Assembly: GCA_938005745.1 (NCBI GenBank)
Contig: CALLMM010000016.1
Coordinates: 12,192 to 76,191 of the forward strand
DNA from: an uncultured Chthonomonadales bacterium
GTDB lineage: Bacteria; Armatimonadota; Chthonomonadetes; Chthonomonadales; CAJBBX01
Length of the DNA stretch: 64,000 nt
Direction: 5' to 3'
Each line of letters begins with the position of its first letter. Within the stretch, counting starts at the first letter, position 1. The position numbers and the translations under genes were made by a program. Shown piece by piece: positions 16,473-25,776 of the stretch. The notes under the pieces are model-generated. The model saw only the letters and a program-made list of their open reading frames with translations. It had not been told where the DNA came from and did not search any database.

Positions 16473-18467
16473 ATGCGAATACGAATTCTATCGGCTCTTC
16501 TCGCTCTGTTACTCCTGATGATCCTCCGCGCGGAGGCGCAGGGTGTGCCGACGATCACCCTCACCGCCTCCCGCTACGCCGTTCTGAACGACGGGCGCGA
16601 CTCCACCGAGATCATCGCGGAGGTGCGCGACAGCAGCGGTCGCTTCGTCCCCGACGGCACGGTGGTAACCTTTACGACCAATGTCGGCGTCTTCAGCCGC
16701 GCCGGAACGACGGCGACCGCCTCCACGCGCAACGGATCCGCGCGCATTCGACTCTCCAGCCCGCAGAAGGGAACCGCGCAGATCACGGCGGCGGTGGCGG
16801 GCGGCGGATTTCAGAAGATGGAGATCGTCTTCACCGACGATCCCGCTGAGACCTTTCAGGGCAACGCCTATATCGTCGTGCAGGGCAGCAGTGCGCTGCT
16901 CTACAGTGCGGTGGAGCGGGTGATCGAGGCAAGAGGCAGACTGCGCGGCGATAATGAAGAGGATCCGGGACTGCCGGGAGCGCATCTCAGTTTCCGCAAT
17001 ATCGAGGTCTTCGCCGATCGTCTGCAGGTGGACTGCTCCGCCAACGCCGTGCGCGCCGACGGCAACGTGACGCTGATACGGGGAACCCGCCGGCTTCAGT
17101 GCTCCCGGCTCTACTACCCGCTTTTCAAGGGAACCGGCTATGCGATCACCGAGGTGGAGGACCGCCTGCGCCCCGTGAAGATCGAGGGCAATGACCTGAC
17201 CATCACCCCGCTGGAGTTCGGGATCAATCCGCGATTTCTGGATATGACCGATCTTTCGGAGGCGCAGCTGGTGATCACCGCCCGCAGCATCCTGCTCTTC
17301 CCCGGCGAGAAGCTGCAGTTCAAGCGTCCCCGCTTCTATCAGGAGGGGCAGCCGCTCTTCTCCATGCAGTTCTATTCGCTGGGACTCTACTCCTCGCAGC
17401 TCTTCAGCGACCAGTTCCTGAGCGTCGGCACGCAGGGACTCGGGGTGGACGTTCCCTACTACTACGATATGAGTCCCTCCTCGACAGGGCAGCTTCGGTT
17501 TCGTTACGGAGAGCGCGCCGGACGCAGTGCGGGCGCAACGCGCCCCGGCGCCTCGATTGACATGATACAGGCGTACAACTCCCTCCGCAGCAGCAGCCGC
17601 TACACCGGTGAGTTCGGTCTGACTGGCATCAATCGCTCGGACTGGGGAATGCGCTGGACGCACAGCCAGGAGTTCTCGCTCGATACGCGCGGTTCGCTCT
17701 TCATTGACCTGCCGCAGCATCGCGGCATCTACGCCTCCTCCAACCTCAGCCATCGGTTCGGCAATATGCAGCTGGGACTGAACCTCTCCGCCAATCGCAG
17801 CATCACCGGATTCCGCAGCAGCGGCATGGAGGGAGACCTCTATCTGGAGACGATCCCGCGACCGGTGGGGAAGACCGGGTATCTGTTCGCGCTGGGAGGA
17901 ACCGCCAGCGCGGGGAGAACGGAGACGGAAGGGTACAGAGCCAGCACGGTATCGCAGGGCGTTCAGGCGCGGTTCTTCAGCAATGCCTTCCGTGTGGACA
18001 GGAACACGACCCTGACCAACTACATCACTGTCGGACAGCTGTGGACGAACCGCGGCAACAGCGGAACCAGCGCGATGGCTTCCGTAACGGCGACCCGCTC
18101 GCTAGGGGGCGGCGGCAATCTGCAGTTAACCTATGACTTCACGCGCCAGCCGACGGTCTTCACGGCGGGCGGCAGCCATCGCCTGACGATGAGCTTCTAC
18201 GCGAGTCGAGACAGCAAGTGGTATATGACGCTCTACGGCAACACCTTCCTAGACGCGCCCAACTCCAGCCTGATCGCCGATTTTCGCTATTCTGTGGTTC
18301 CGCGCTGGTATCTGAGTTTCGGCGCAACCGTGCAGCGTTTCGCCTCCGCCGACTATCGCGACTTCACCTTCGGCATCACGCGCAGCCTCGGCGGGCGCGA
18401 TGTGACCCTCTCCTACTCCACGCTCAGCCACCGGTTCTTCTTCGATATTGACGCCAGCCGGTTCTAG
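16473..18467 (+). CDS. Outer-membrane protein: invasin/Big_1 domain + OstA/LptD-like jellyroll + beta-barrel
   Basis: Signal peptide AEA-Q; NDGRDSTEIIAEVRD..VPDGTVVTFTT is Big_1; ADRLQVD..ADGNVTL is OstA-like; alternating aromatic strands; C-terminal Phe (DIDASRF). Confidence 0.75.
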   Translation: MRIRILSALLALLLLMILRAEAQGVPTITLTASRYAVLNDGRDSTEIIAEVRDSSGRFVPDGTVVTFTTNVGVFSRAGTTATASTRNGSARIRLSSPQKGTAQITAAVAGGGFQKMEIVFTDDPAETFQGNAYIVVQGSSALLYSAVERVIEARGRLRGDNEEDPGLPGAHLSFRNIEVFADRLQVDCSANAVRADGNVTLIRGTRRLQCSRLYYPLFKGTGYAITEVEDRLRPVKIEGNDLTITPLEFGINPRFLDMTDLSEAQLVITARSILLFPGEKLQFKRPRFYQEGQPLFSMQFYSLGLYSSQLFSDQFLSVGTQGLGVDVPYYYDMSPSSTGQLRFRYGERAGRSAGATRPGASIDMIQAYNSLRSSSRYTGEFGLTGINRSDWGMRWTHSQEFSLDTRGSLFIDLPQHRGIYASSNLSHRFGNMQLGLNLSANRSITGFRSSGMEGDLYLETIPRPVGKTGYLFALGGTASAGRTETEGYRASTVSQGVQARFFSNAFRVDRNTTLTNYITVGQLWTNRGNSGTSAMASVTATRSLGGGGNLQLTYDFTRQPTVFTAGGSHRLTMSFYASRDSKWYMTLYGNTFLDAPNSSLIADFRYSVVPRWYLSFGATVQRFASADYRDFTFGITRSLGGRDVTLSYSTLSHRFFFDIDASRF

Positions 18468-18500
18468 CCTCGCCGGCGGATGCCGCGCTGCAGGCGAGGC

Positions 18501-19193
18501 TCAGAGCCTGTATCCCGCCTCCGCGCCCAGCCGATAGAGCGGCAACAGAGACTCCATCGCGGAGAGAGCCGCCTCCTGCATCGCCTTCGGGTCGTGCGCC
18601 GCCGGCTCGCGGCGGTCAATCGGCACGCCGAACTGCACATGCTGCCCCTTCACCCGCTCCAGCCGCTCCGCCAGATGCAGTAGCGTCTTCGCGTTCAGTG
18701 AGTCTCCGCACAGCGGACGCCCGGATCCGTCCCGGAGGTCGTAGCTGCAGATGCAGGGATGCGCGGCGAGATAGCGCGCCAGCGCGTCCGTATTCGCCGC
18801 CAGTCCCGCCGTGAAGGTCGGTCGGTCCTCGTCTGCATAGTCCTCCAGAAAACAGGCGATCCTCAGTCCCTCCGCATGGATCGTAACACGGTAGTGAATG
18901 TACGGCTTGTAGGCGCGCAGAGACCGGCTGAAGGCGACCCACGTCTCTTCAGGAGGATGGACGGTTCGACGAACATGCCGGGCGACATGCGGGTAGAGAT
19001 CGCCGCCGACCAGCCGGCTTAACCCGGGAGTCAGCAGGTCGCCGATCTGCTGCAGCTTCGGGGAGATGCTGGCTTTGATGGCGGACATCCGGCTGGTGAA
19101 GTCGGGCAGGTCGAATATGTGATAGTCGCGGTCGGTAAAGCCGTGGAATTTCGACGCAGAGGTCACGAGGACCCTCCTTTCTGGACGTTTCAT
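18501..19193 (-). CDS. DUF1054 (YktB-like) family protein
   Basis: GFT..DY.IF.LPDF..RM.AIK..ISPKL..YPHVARHVRRTVHPPEETWVAF..RAYK; ATG overlaps the upstream stop (ATGA). Confidence 0.8.
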   Translation of the reverse strand: MKRPERRVLVTSASKFHGFTDRDYHIFDLPDFTSRMSAIKASISPKLQQIGDLLTPGLSRLVGGDLYPHVARHVRRTVHPPEETWVAFSRSLRAYKPYIHYRVTIHAEGLRIACFLEDYADEDRPTFTAGLAANTDALARYLAAHPCICSYDLRDGSGRPLCGDSLNAKTLLHLAERLERVKGQHVQFGVPIDRREPAAHDPKAMQEAALSAMESLLPLYRLGAEAGYRL

Positions 19194-21217
19194 GGCGATA
19201 GAGCGCCCTGCAGCACATAGATGACCAGATAGCCGAGCAGGCTGCACAACAGGAGCGCGCTGAATGCGGACAGGACCGATGAGGAGCAGGAGTGAGACAC
19301 GTCGGTGCGTTTGGGAGCGGAGGGCGTGTTCCAGAACTCATGCCGGGTAACCTTCCGCCGGGAGATAACAATCTCATGTACGCCGTCCGGATGCAGGTCC
19401 GCCTGGCAAGAGAAGCAGATTGCCGCCTCAATCGGGTTGATCTGACGGCAGCGCGCACAGAAGACCTGATAGCCTCGCTGGACCAGGCTGACCCCGCAGT
19501 AGGTGCAGAAGTTGATGTGCTGCTGGTATCCTCGACGGCACTGCGGACACCAGCGCGGAAAAGGCAGCAACGCGGGCTGGGGCTGCGCGGAGCCGGCGTC
19601 GGGAGGAGCGCCGGACGGCGCGGCGACCGGCGGAGCGACCCCCTGAGCGGTCTCTGCCGCGTCCAGACGGGGATAGAGACGTTCCATGACCTGTCCGGTT
19701 CGCATCGGCGCGCTGCAGGCGCGGCAGCGATCGTTGGCGAAGCTGTTGCTCATCTGGCAGACGGGGCAGGCTGCCGTCGCATCAGGAGAGACCAGCGCGA
19801 CATGGCATCTTGTGCAGACGCCCGGCTCCTCGTAGACCCCCATGCAGCGCGGACAGCACCAGGAGCCTGCATCCAGAAGCATCAGCAGCGTCTCGGCGGT
19901 CTGCGGATTGGATATCAGGGCGCGCAGCATCTCCTTCGGCGCGACCAGCCGCGCCTCTTCCTCCGGTGCGGGGGCGGTCGCTGCCGCCATGGAGACGAGA
20001 GAGGGCGCGGAGAGCGGATCTTCCTGTGGGACAGGCGCGCTGATCTCGGTGAAGATCTCTACCCTCCCGCTGTCCAGATCATAGCAGGCGCCGACGAGTT
20101 TCAGCCTCCCGGTGCGAAGCCGCGTCTCCAGCGACTCCTGTTTTGCGAGCCGATCCACCGCGCGCCGGACGTTCTCGCGGATAGCGTTGTCGAGCAGATT
20201 ACCGGGCATCGGGCGCGCGGTCTCCACCGACGGCTGAATGATGGACAAGAGGCGGTTCAGGTAGGGATGGACGGCGTTTCCCTCGACCGCCGCCCGCACC
20301 GCGCTGCACTGCGCGTGCCCCAGAACCATCACCGCCTTTACATCGAACCGCTCCACAGCGTACTCCACGTTGCCGACCGACAGTTCATCCATCGCATTGC
20401 CCGCCTCGCGGATGACGAACAGGTCGCCCAGTCCCTGATCGAAGATGATCTCCGGAGGGACGCGCGAATCGGAGCAGCCGACCACCACCGCATACGGCTC
20501 CTGCGCCTGCGCGATCTCCGCCCGACGCATGGAGTCCTGGCGCGGATGCATGGTTTTGTCTTCCACAAAGCGCCGGTTGCCCTCTCGCAGTCGCTGCAGC
20601 GCCTGATCGGGCGTGGAGACCGGCGGCCCCGGCTTTGCCGGGGTGGCGGCGGGAGGAGACGGCGGGGACACGCGCAGGGTCTGCCGCACAGGGCTAACCG
20701 TTTCCGATGGCGGAGGAGGCGGGGAAGGCTGCGCCGCAGACGCGGGAGGCTCCTCCGGCGGCGTAACGCTCACCGGCTTCTCTGCGGGCGGAGAGAGGAC
20801 GACAGCGGGCGGTTCGGGCGGGGCGACGGCATCGGATCGGGAGATCGTTTCGGCGGCGGACGCAGGGACGGGAGGCGCGGCTTCGGCGATTGCGGCGCGC
20901 TCTCCCGCCTTCAGCCAGATACCCCGGCAGCGGCTGCAGGTCAGCGCCTGACTGTCGGGAGATGCCGGGAGCGGCTCTCGCTCCAGATAGAGGGTGCGGC
21001 AGTCCGGGCAGATCATGCGCAGTCCCTCGTACATGCCTGTGCTGGCGATGCCCGGAAACTCGGCATCCAGTTCGCCCAGACGCGCCAGCGCCGGCGTCAG
21101 CCGTTCGAAATCCTGCGCCATGAACCAGCATCCGCCGCAGCTTCGGCAAGCCCAGAGCACGGCATTCTCCCACGCAACCTGCTCCAGCAGCAGCGCGCAC
21201 TGCGGACACGATTTCAT
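19190..21217 (-). CDS. Beta-class carbonic anhydrase fused to zinc-ribbon domains and C-terminal TM helix
   Basis: GNRRFV, GCSDSRVPPEIIFDQGLGDLFVIREAGN, LGHAQC Zn ligands; 12 CxxC motifs flanking; Pro-rich linker; hydrophobic C-terminus. Confidence 0.88.
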   Translation of the reverse strand: MKSCPQCALLLEQVAWENAVLWACRSCGGCWFMAQDFERLTPALARLGELDAEFPGIASTGMYEGLRMICPDCRTLYLEREPLPASPDSQALTCSRCRGIWLKAGERAAIAEAAPPVPASAAETISRSDAVAPPEPPAVVLSPPAEKPVSVTPPEEPPASAAQPSPPPPPSETVSPVRQTLRVSPPSPPAATPAKPGPPVSTPDQALQRLREGNRRFVEDKTMHPRQDSMRRAEIAQAQEPYAVVVGCSDSRVPPEIIFDQGLGDLFVIREAGNAMDELSVGNVEYAVERFDVKAVMVLGHAQCSAVRAAVEGNAVHPYLNRLLSIIQPSVETARPMPGNLLDNAIRENVRRAVDRLAKQESLETRLRTGRLKLVGACYDLDSGRVEIFTEISAPVPQEDPLSAPSLVSMAAATAPAPEEEARLVAPKEMLRALISNPQTAETLLMLLDAGSWCCPRCMGVYEEPGVCTRCHVALVSPDATAACPVCQMSNSFANDRCRACSAPMRTGQVMERLYPRLDAAETAQGVAPPVAAPSGAPPDAGSAQPQPALLPFPRWCPQCRRGYQQHINFCTYCGVSLVQRGYQVFCARCRQINPIEAAICFSCQADLHPDGVHEIVISRRKVTRHEFWNTPSAPKRTDVSHSCSSSVLSAFSALLLCSLLGYLVIYVLQGALSP

Positions 21218-21319
21218 GGTTCGCCTCCTTATCTGCAGGGAAGGGTCCGCCGTATTGCGATCCTTCTCAGCCTGTCATTGCGAGCGCAGCGAAGCAATCT
21301 CGCCCTGCTGCTGCAAACC

Positions 21320-23728
21320 TCAGCGGTTTGCCGGACGGCTCTTCTCGATCTCCTCACGCCGGGTCAGCATCAGCTTGAAGAAGAACCAGCCCGCCAGTTC
21401 GCGCTGATCGCCGAAGTGCGGCGAGGAGGGATACTCGCTCTGTCCGGGCGGTAGAATGCTCACGCCCCGCAGCAGGGGTTTCGCGCACTCAACGATCTGA
21501 ATATAGGTTCCCCGATCGGTGGAGGGGATGCCGGGCAGGGGACGGAAGTTGATCATGCCCCGCGTATAGCGCCAGTTCGCCATCTCCTCGCCGCGCTGAG
21601 ACTTCAGCTTCTCCACCGCCTTGTTGAGGGCTTCCGCCATCACGCGATCCGGCGTCCTGCCCTTCAGATAGTCAAACTGCGCCGGAACGGAGGAGCGCGA
21701 ACCGCGCAGCACATGCACGATCAGGCTGGGCTGCATTGCGGTGTTGAACAGGTCCTGCCCTTGAAGACGGATGAAGCCGAACGGCTCCAGGAACAGGTCT
21801 TCGCGCACCTGCTGCAGCCAGGCGTCGAAGATCGTCTTCGCGACGCTGCCTTCGGTGGCGTGGTGGTCCCAGGCAGCCAGCAGCCGCGCCGCCGCCCTGC
21901 CGGATTCGGAGAGCAGCGCGGCGTTTTTCCGCAAAGCGGGATTGAGCAGGGGCAGCATCACCTGCGCGTTGTAGTCGTTGGTGCCGATGTCCAGCAGGAC
22001 ATTGCGCAGGTCTTCCGCGCTGATCTGCGGCTTTTCCGCCAGAAGCTGCGCGATGCGTCCGCTGTGGAACACCTCTCCCCAGACCGGCGTGTCGTAGTTA
22101 TCCCACCATACGGCGGGCTTATTATTCCAGTTGGCGATGAAGCCCTGTTTGGGATTGATGATCTGGGGATGCTCGGCGAAGGGCATGATGCCCCTCCACT
22201 CATGATCGCCTTCTCCCGGAGTGGGCAGGCGCGGGTCCACGCGCGGATCGCGGATGGGCGTCCGCCCGCACCACCAGAATCCGATGTCGCCGTCCTGCGT
22301 GGCGCAGAAGAAGTTATGCGACGTGGCGATCAGTTTGCACGCCTCGCCGAACTCCTGCGCGTTTTTCGCGGTATGGAAGCGGAAGATCCCCTCGAACGCG
22401 CCTAACTCCTGTTCCCAGTAGGAGGATTTTCGGCTGTAGGCGAGGTTCTTTGCGCGATCCACCTGCACCACCGGACCGTGCACGGTGCGGAAGACCTCCA
22501 GCGTAACCGGCGCGCCTCCCGCAACCGCGATCGTCTCCACGCGCTTCTCCATCTGCCGCCACTCGCCGTTGAACCGGTAGCGGGTCGGATCGGCGGGATC
22601 GAGGGTCTCCACAAAGATGTCGGTCTGGTCGTTGACGCCGGTGGTGGTGCTCCAGGCAAGCCACCGGTTATGCCCGATCAGAATGCCCGGTATTCCGGCG
22701 AACCCCATGCCGATGCAGTCTATGCCCGCGCCGGAGACGTGAATCTCATGCGCGATCTGCGGGGTGCGAAATCCCATCTGCGGACCGCCGACCAGCATGG
22801 CGTTGCCGGTGGCGGACCTGCTCGCCGTGACCGCAAAGCAGTACGATCCCCATTTCGTCATCAGTCCGTAACGCTCCGCCAGTTCCAGGCGCGCCTTCTG
22901 GTCGAGAATGTCGGCGGCGTGACGGGCGGCGGGGTCGTCAAAGGGTAGCCGGGCGAGGCGTCGGGTCTGCGCGGCGTCGGCGATCACCCTGCCCTGCGGG
23001 TCGGTCCAGTGGGTCTTTCCATGCCATTTGCGCCGGTCTTCCCGCGCCGGGATGGTGGTGGGTGAGAGGGGATCGTTGCGCCATGCCAGATCGTTGAAGA
23101 GGCGGTAGGCGTCTTTCGGATAGCGGTTTTTCAGGAAGGTGAAGAGGAGCATGTTGCGAAGCTCTCCGCCTTCGCCGCCGCCAAATCGTCGCGCCATCAT
23201 CTGCCCGATGGCGATGGTATCGGTTACGCGCCAGGGGCGCAGATCGGCGGGGGTCAGCTTCACGGGGAAGTTAGCGGGCTGATCCGGCAGCGCGGCTTGC
23301 CCGGACTGCAGCGCCTGCAGATAGGCGTTCACGCCGTCCGCGTAGGCGGTGAAGACCGTTTTGATCTCCGGCGAGAGGCGGGCGAACTGCGCCTCCCGTT
23401 CCGCTTCGGTATAGCCGTCCAGACGGGTTTCGCGATCCGCAGCGACCGCGCTGGAGCCGACCAGTTCCGCCATCTCGCCCCGCGCGGTGCGCCGGTAAAG
23501 CTCCATCTGCCCGAGCCGATCCTGCGCGACCGCATAACCGTTGCCGAAGAAGAGTCCGCGCCGGGTGGAGGCGAAGACATGGGGAACGCCGTAGCTGTCC
23601 CGGAGTATGGTGACGGTATCGCCGTCCACGTTCAGCGTTACCGGCTGGTTCTCCGTCTGCGGCTGGCTCACTCCGACCGCGCAGCAGAGCAGGAGAAACG
23701 CGCCGATCCAGCCCATCCATCGTTTCAT
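21320..23728 (-). CDS. Penicillin acylase family (S45 Ntn-hydrolase), secreted
   Basis: Signal peptide; RDSYGVPHV, GYAVAQDRL.QM, WG|SY nucleophile site, RTVHGPV, ANWNNKP, PPGQS. Confidence 0.92.
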   Translation of the reverse strand: MKRWMGWIGAFLLLCCAVGVSQPQTENQPVTLNVDGDTVTILRDSYGVPHVFASTRRGLFFGNGYAVAQDRLGQMELYRRTARGEMAELVGSSAVAADRETRLDGYTEAEREAQFARLSPEIKTVFTAYADGVNAYLQALQSGQAALPDQPANFPVKLTPADLRPWRVTDTIAIGQMMARRFGGGEGGELRNMLLFTFLKNRYPKDAYRLFNDLAWRNDPLSPTTIPAREDRRKWHGKTHWTDPQGRVIADAAQTRRLARLPFDDPAARHAADILDQKARLELAERYGLMTKWGSYCFAVTASRSATGNAMLVGGPQMGFRTPQIAHEIHVSGAGIDCIGMGFAGIPGILIGHNRWLAWSTTTGVNDQTDIFVETLDPADPTRYRFNGEWRQMEKRVETIAVAGGAPVTLEVFRTVHGPVVQVDRAKNLAYSRKSSYWEQELGAFEGIFRFHTAKNAQEFGEACKLIATSHNFFCATQDGDIGFWWCGRTPIRDPRVDPRLPTPGEGDHEWRGIMPFAEHPQIINPKQGFIANWNNKPAVWWDNYDTPVWGEVFHSGRIAQLLAEKPQISAEDLRNVLLDIGTNDYNAQVMLPLLNPALRKNAALLSESGRAAARLLAAWDHHATEGSVAKTIFDAWLQQVREDLFLEPFGFIRLQGQDLFNTAMQPSLIVHVLRGSRSSVPAQFDYLKGRTPDRVMAEALNKAVEKLKSQRGEEMANWRYTRGMINFRPLPGIPSTDRGTYIQIVECAKPLLRGVSILPPGQSEYPSSPHFGDQRELAGWFFFKLMLTRREEIEKSRPANR

Positions 23729-24003
23729 AGGCAGTGCCGGGAGAGCGGCTGCGCGCCTCTCTCCCGGAGTCCTCCTCTCTCAAAAGTGTGGAAATCCGGT
23801 CTCCTGTATGTGCCTATCTGTTCGGCGCGGAGGGGGGCTGGTTCCTGCCGCGGGGCGTCGGTTTTTGCTCTGCCAGAGCGAAATAGAGGAGTTCGTAACG
23901 GCATCGTCGAACAGTAACCGGCAAAAAGATCGTACAGTGTGGGGGGACAGCCAGCCGCATCTTTGATGCGATACGCACTCATCACACCCTAAAGGAGAGA
24001 ACC

Positions 24004-24420
24004 GTGACAAACGAAGAGATTGTGGAGATACTCAACTATCATCTGGAGGAGGAGATTCGCGCCATTCTCCAGTACCTGCAGCATGCCTACATGGCGCGCG
24101 GCGTGGACCGCCTGCCGATCTATGAGTTCATGGAGAAGGCGTCCATCGGCGAGATGAAGCATGTGGAGATCCTTGCCAAGAAGGTGGTGGCTTTCGGAGG
24201 AGTTCCTTCCATGCGCGCCAAGAACATAGACAGTTCGCCGGACATCAAGGATATGCTGCGCGCCGATATCGCGCTGGAGGAGGAGGCGGTCCGGAAGTAC
24301 TCGGAGGATGTCGCGAAGCTGGACGCGGCGGGACAGATTGCGCTGAAGGTGATCTTCGAGAACCTGGTCGAGGATGAGCAGGAGCATCTGGACGAGCTGC
24401 GGATTCTGCTCGGAGAGTAG
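24004..24420 (+). CDS. Ferritin-like/bacterioferritin family protein
   Basis: RBS AAGGAG; ferroxidase motifs E..AILQY, EMKH, LEEEA, EQEH. Confidence 0.85.
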   Translation: MTNEEIVEILNYHLEEEIRAILQYLQHAYMARGVDRLPIYEFMEKASIGEMKHVEILAKKVVAFGGVPSMRAKNIDSSPDIKDMLRADIALEEEAVRKYSEDVAKLDAAGQIALKVIFENLVEDEQEHLDELRILLGE

Positions 24421-24442
24421 GCAGGAGCGCGGAGTGTGCAGG

Positions 24443-24476
24443 GAGGCAGCCTGAGCGGTTTCAGGCTGCCTCTTTT
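24443..24476 (+). terminator. Intrinsic terminator after ferritin-like gene (overlaps Hpt gene end)
   Basis: GAGGCAGCCTGA-gcggtt-TCAGGCTGCCTC-TTTT. Confidence 0.65.
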
Positions 24477-24853
24477 GCCAGATAGGCGGAGAGCTGCGGC
24501 TGAAGGCGATCCCACTCCTGCAGCGCATACCGCAACAGGGTGGGGGTCTCGGAGAGCGTCTCCTGTTTGCCCGCCATCTCCAGCTGCAGGCAGATCTGCG
24601 CCATCGCCTCCGCGCCGATGGTTCGGCTGGAACCCTTCAGGGAGTGGGCGTTCAGCGTCAGATCGGGCGCGCTGCCCGACCCCACCGCCCCGCCAATCTT
24701 CGCCAGAAGGCTCGGTGCGGTCTCCAGGTACTCGGCGATCACCTCCTGCGCGATCTCCAGATCGTAGCCGCACATCTCCTCCAGGCTGGCTGCGTTGAAC
24801 GACTCGCCGTAATGGTCCGGAGCGTTGGAAGCCTGCGAGGACATCATCTGCAA
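24461..24853 (-). CDS. Stand-alone Hpt (histidine phosphotransfer) protein
   Basis: AHSLKGSSRTIGA..CLQLE signature. Confidence 0.9.
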   Translation of the reverse strand: MQMMSSQASNAPDHYGESFNAASLEEMCGYDLEIAQEVIAEYLETAPSLLAKIGGAVGSGSAPDLTLNAHSLKGSSRTIGAEAMAQICLQLEMAGKQETLSETPTLLRYALQEWDRLQPQLSAYLAKEAA

Positions 24854-24932
24854 TTATCTCCCGAATCAGGTAGTATCAATACTAATCATTGGCAGGAACG
24901 CGGGCATTCTTCAGGCAGAGAGGCGGGGGAGG

Positions 24933-25676
24933 ATGTGGAAGAGAGAGAGGCTCGTCTCCGATCTGCAGGCGATGCGCGTGCGGGAGGGGGACTCGCTGAT
25001 CGTTCATGCGTCGCTGCGGGCGATCGGGCGGATGGAGGAGGGAGCGGATACCTTTCTGGACGCGCTGCTGGAGGCGGTCGGCGCGCAGGGAACTGTGCTG
25101 ATTCCGGCGTTTCGTCTGGAGCGGGATCGCGAGTCGGACTTTCCGGCGCCATGTCTGCTGCAGCGTGAGGGAGCCGTCTCCAGCCGCCATCCCCTGCTGC
25201 CCTTTGCCGCGCTCGGAGCCAACGCCGCCTTTCTGACCGCCGGCGCCCCCTTTCACTATCCGCTTGGAACCAACAGCCCGCTGGCGCGCCTGTACCAGTT
25301 GAACGGGGGCGCGCTGCTGATCGGCGTGGGATATGCCGCGCACGCCGCGCTGCATCTGGCGGAGAACTGGGCGGACGCGCCCTATGCGCGGCGGAGACGT
25401 CTGGTGCGCGTGGAGGAGGATGCGTGGCAGGAGATGGAGGGCAGTCCGGAGTGCAGCGCGGGGTTTGGGAAGATCGAGCCGGTGCTGCGGCAGGCGCGTC
25501 TGCTGCGTGAAGGGTATGTCGGCAACGCCCCCGCGCAGTACATGCGCCTTCAGCAGGCGGTCAGCATGGCGCGGGAAATGCTGTGCGGCAACCCAGAGTC
25601 GCTTCTGTGCGACGCACCGGACTGCGAGCCGTGCACGCAGGCGCGCCGGTTCACGCGCCGCCAGGATGTGCGATAG
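24933..25676 (+). CDS. AAC(3)/YokD family N-acetyltransferase
   Basis: LIVHASL, G..GTVLIPAF, SRHPLLPFAALG, LLIGVG..LHLAE; RBS GGGGGAGG. Confidence 0.82.
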   Translation: MWKRERLVSDLQAMRVREGDSLIVHASLRAIGRMEEGADTFLDALLEAVGAQGTVLIPAFRLERDRESDFPAPCLLQREGAVSSRHPLLPFAALGANAAFLTAGAPFHYPLGTNSPLARLYQLNGGALLIGVGYAAHAALHLAENWADAPYARRRRLVRVEEDAWQEMEGSPECSAGFGKIEPVLRQARLLREGYVGNAPAQYMRLQQAVSMAREMLCGNPESLLCDAPDCEPCTQARRFTRRQDVR

Positions 25677-25776
25677 AAGGCGCCTATGCCTCGCACACAA
25701 ACGCGCGGCTCCTCCGCTACCATCAAGCGGAGGAGCCGCTGAACCTTCTGGACAGTCTGTAGTCTCTGCGCTGCCA

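Noticed and set aside
24933-25676. Acquired aminoglycoside resistance gene
   Set aside because: Host-like GC, no mobile context, and the family includes many non-resistance enzymes
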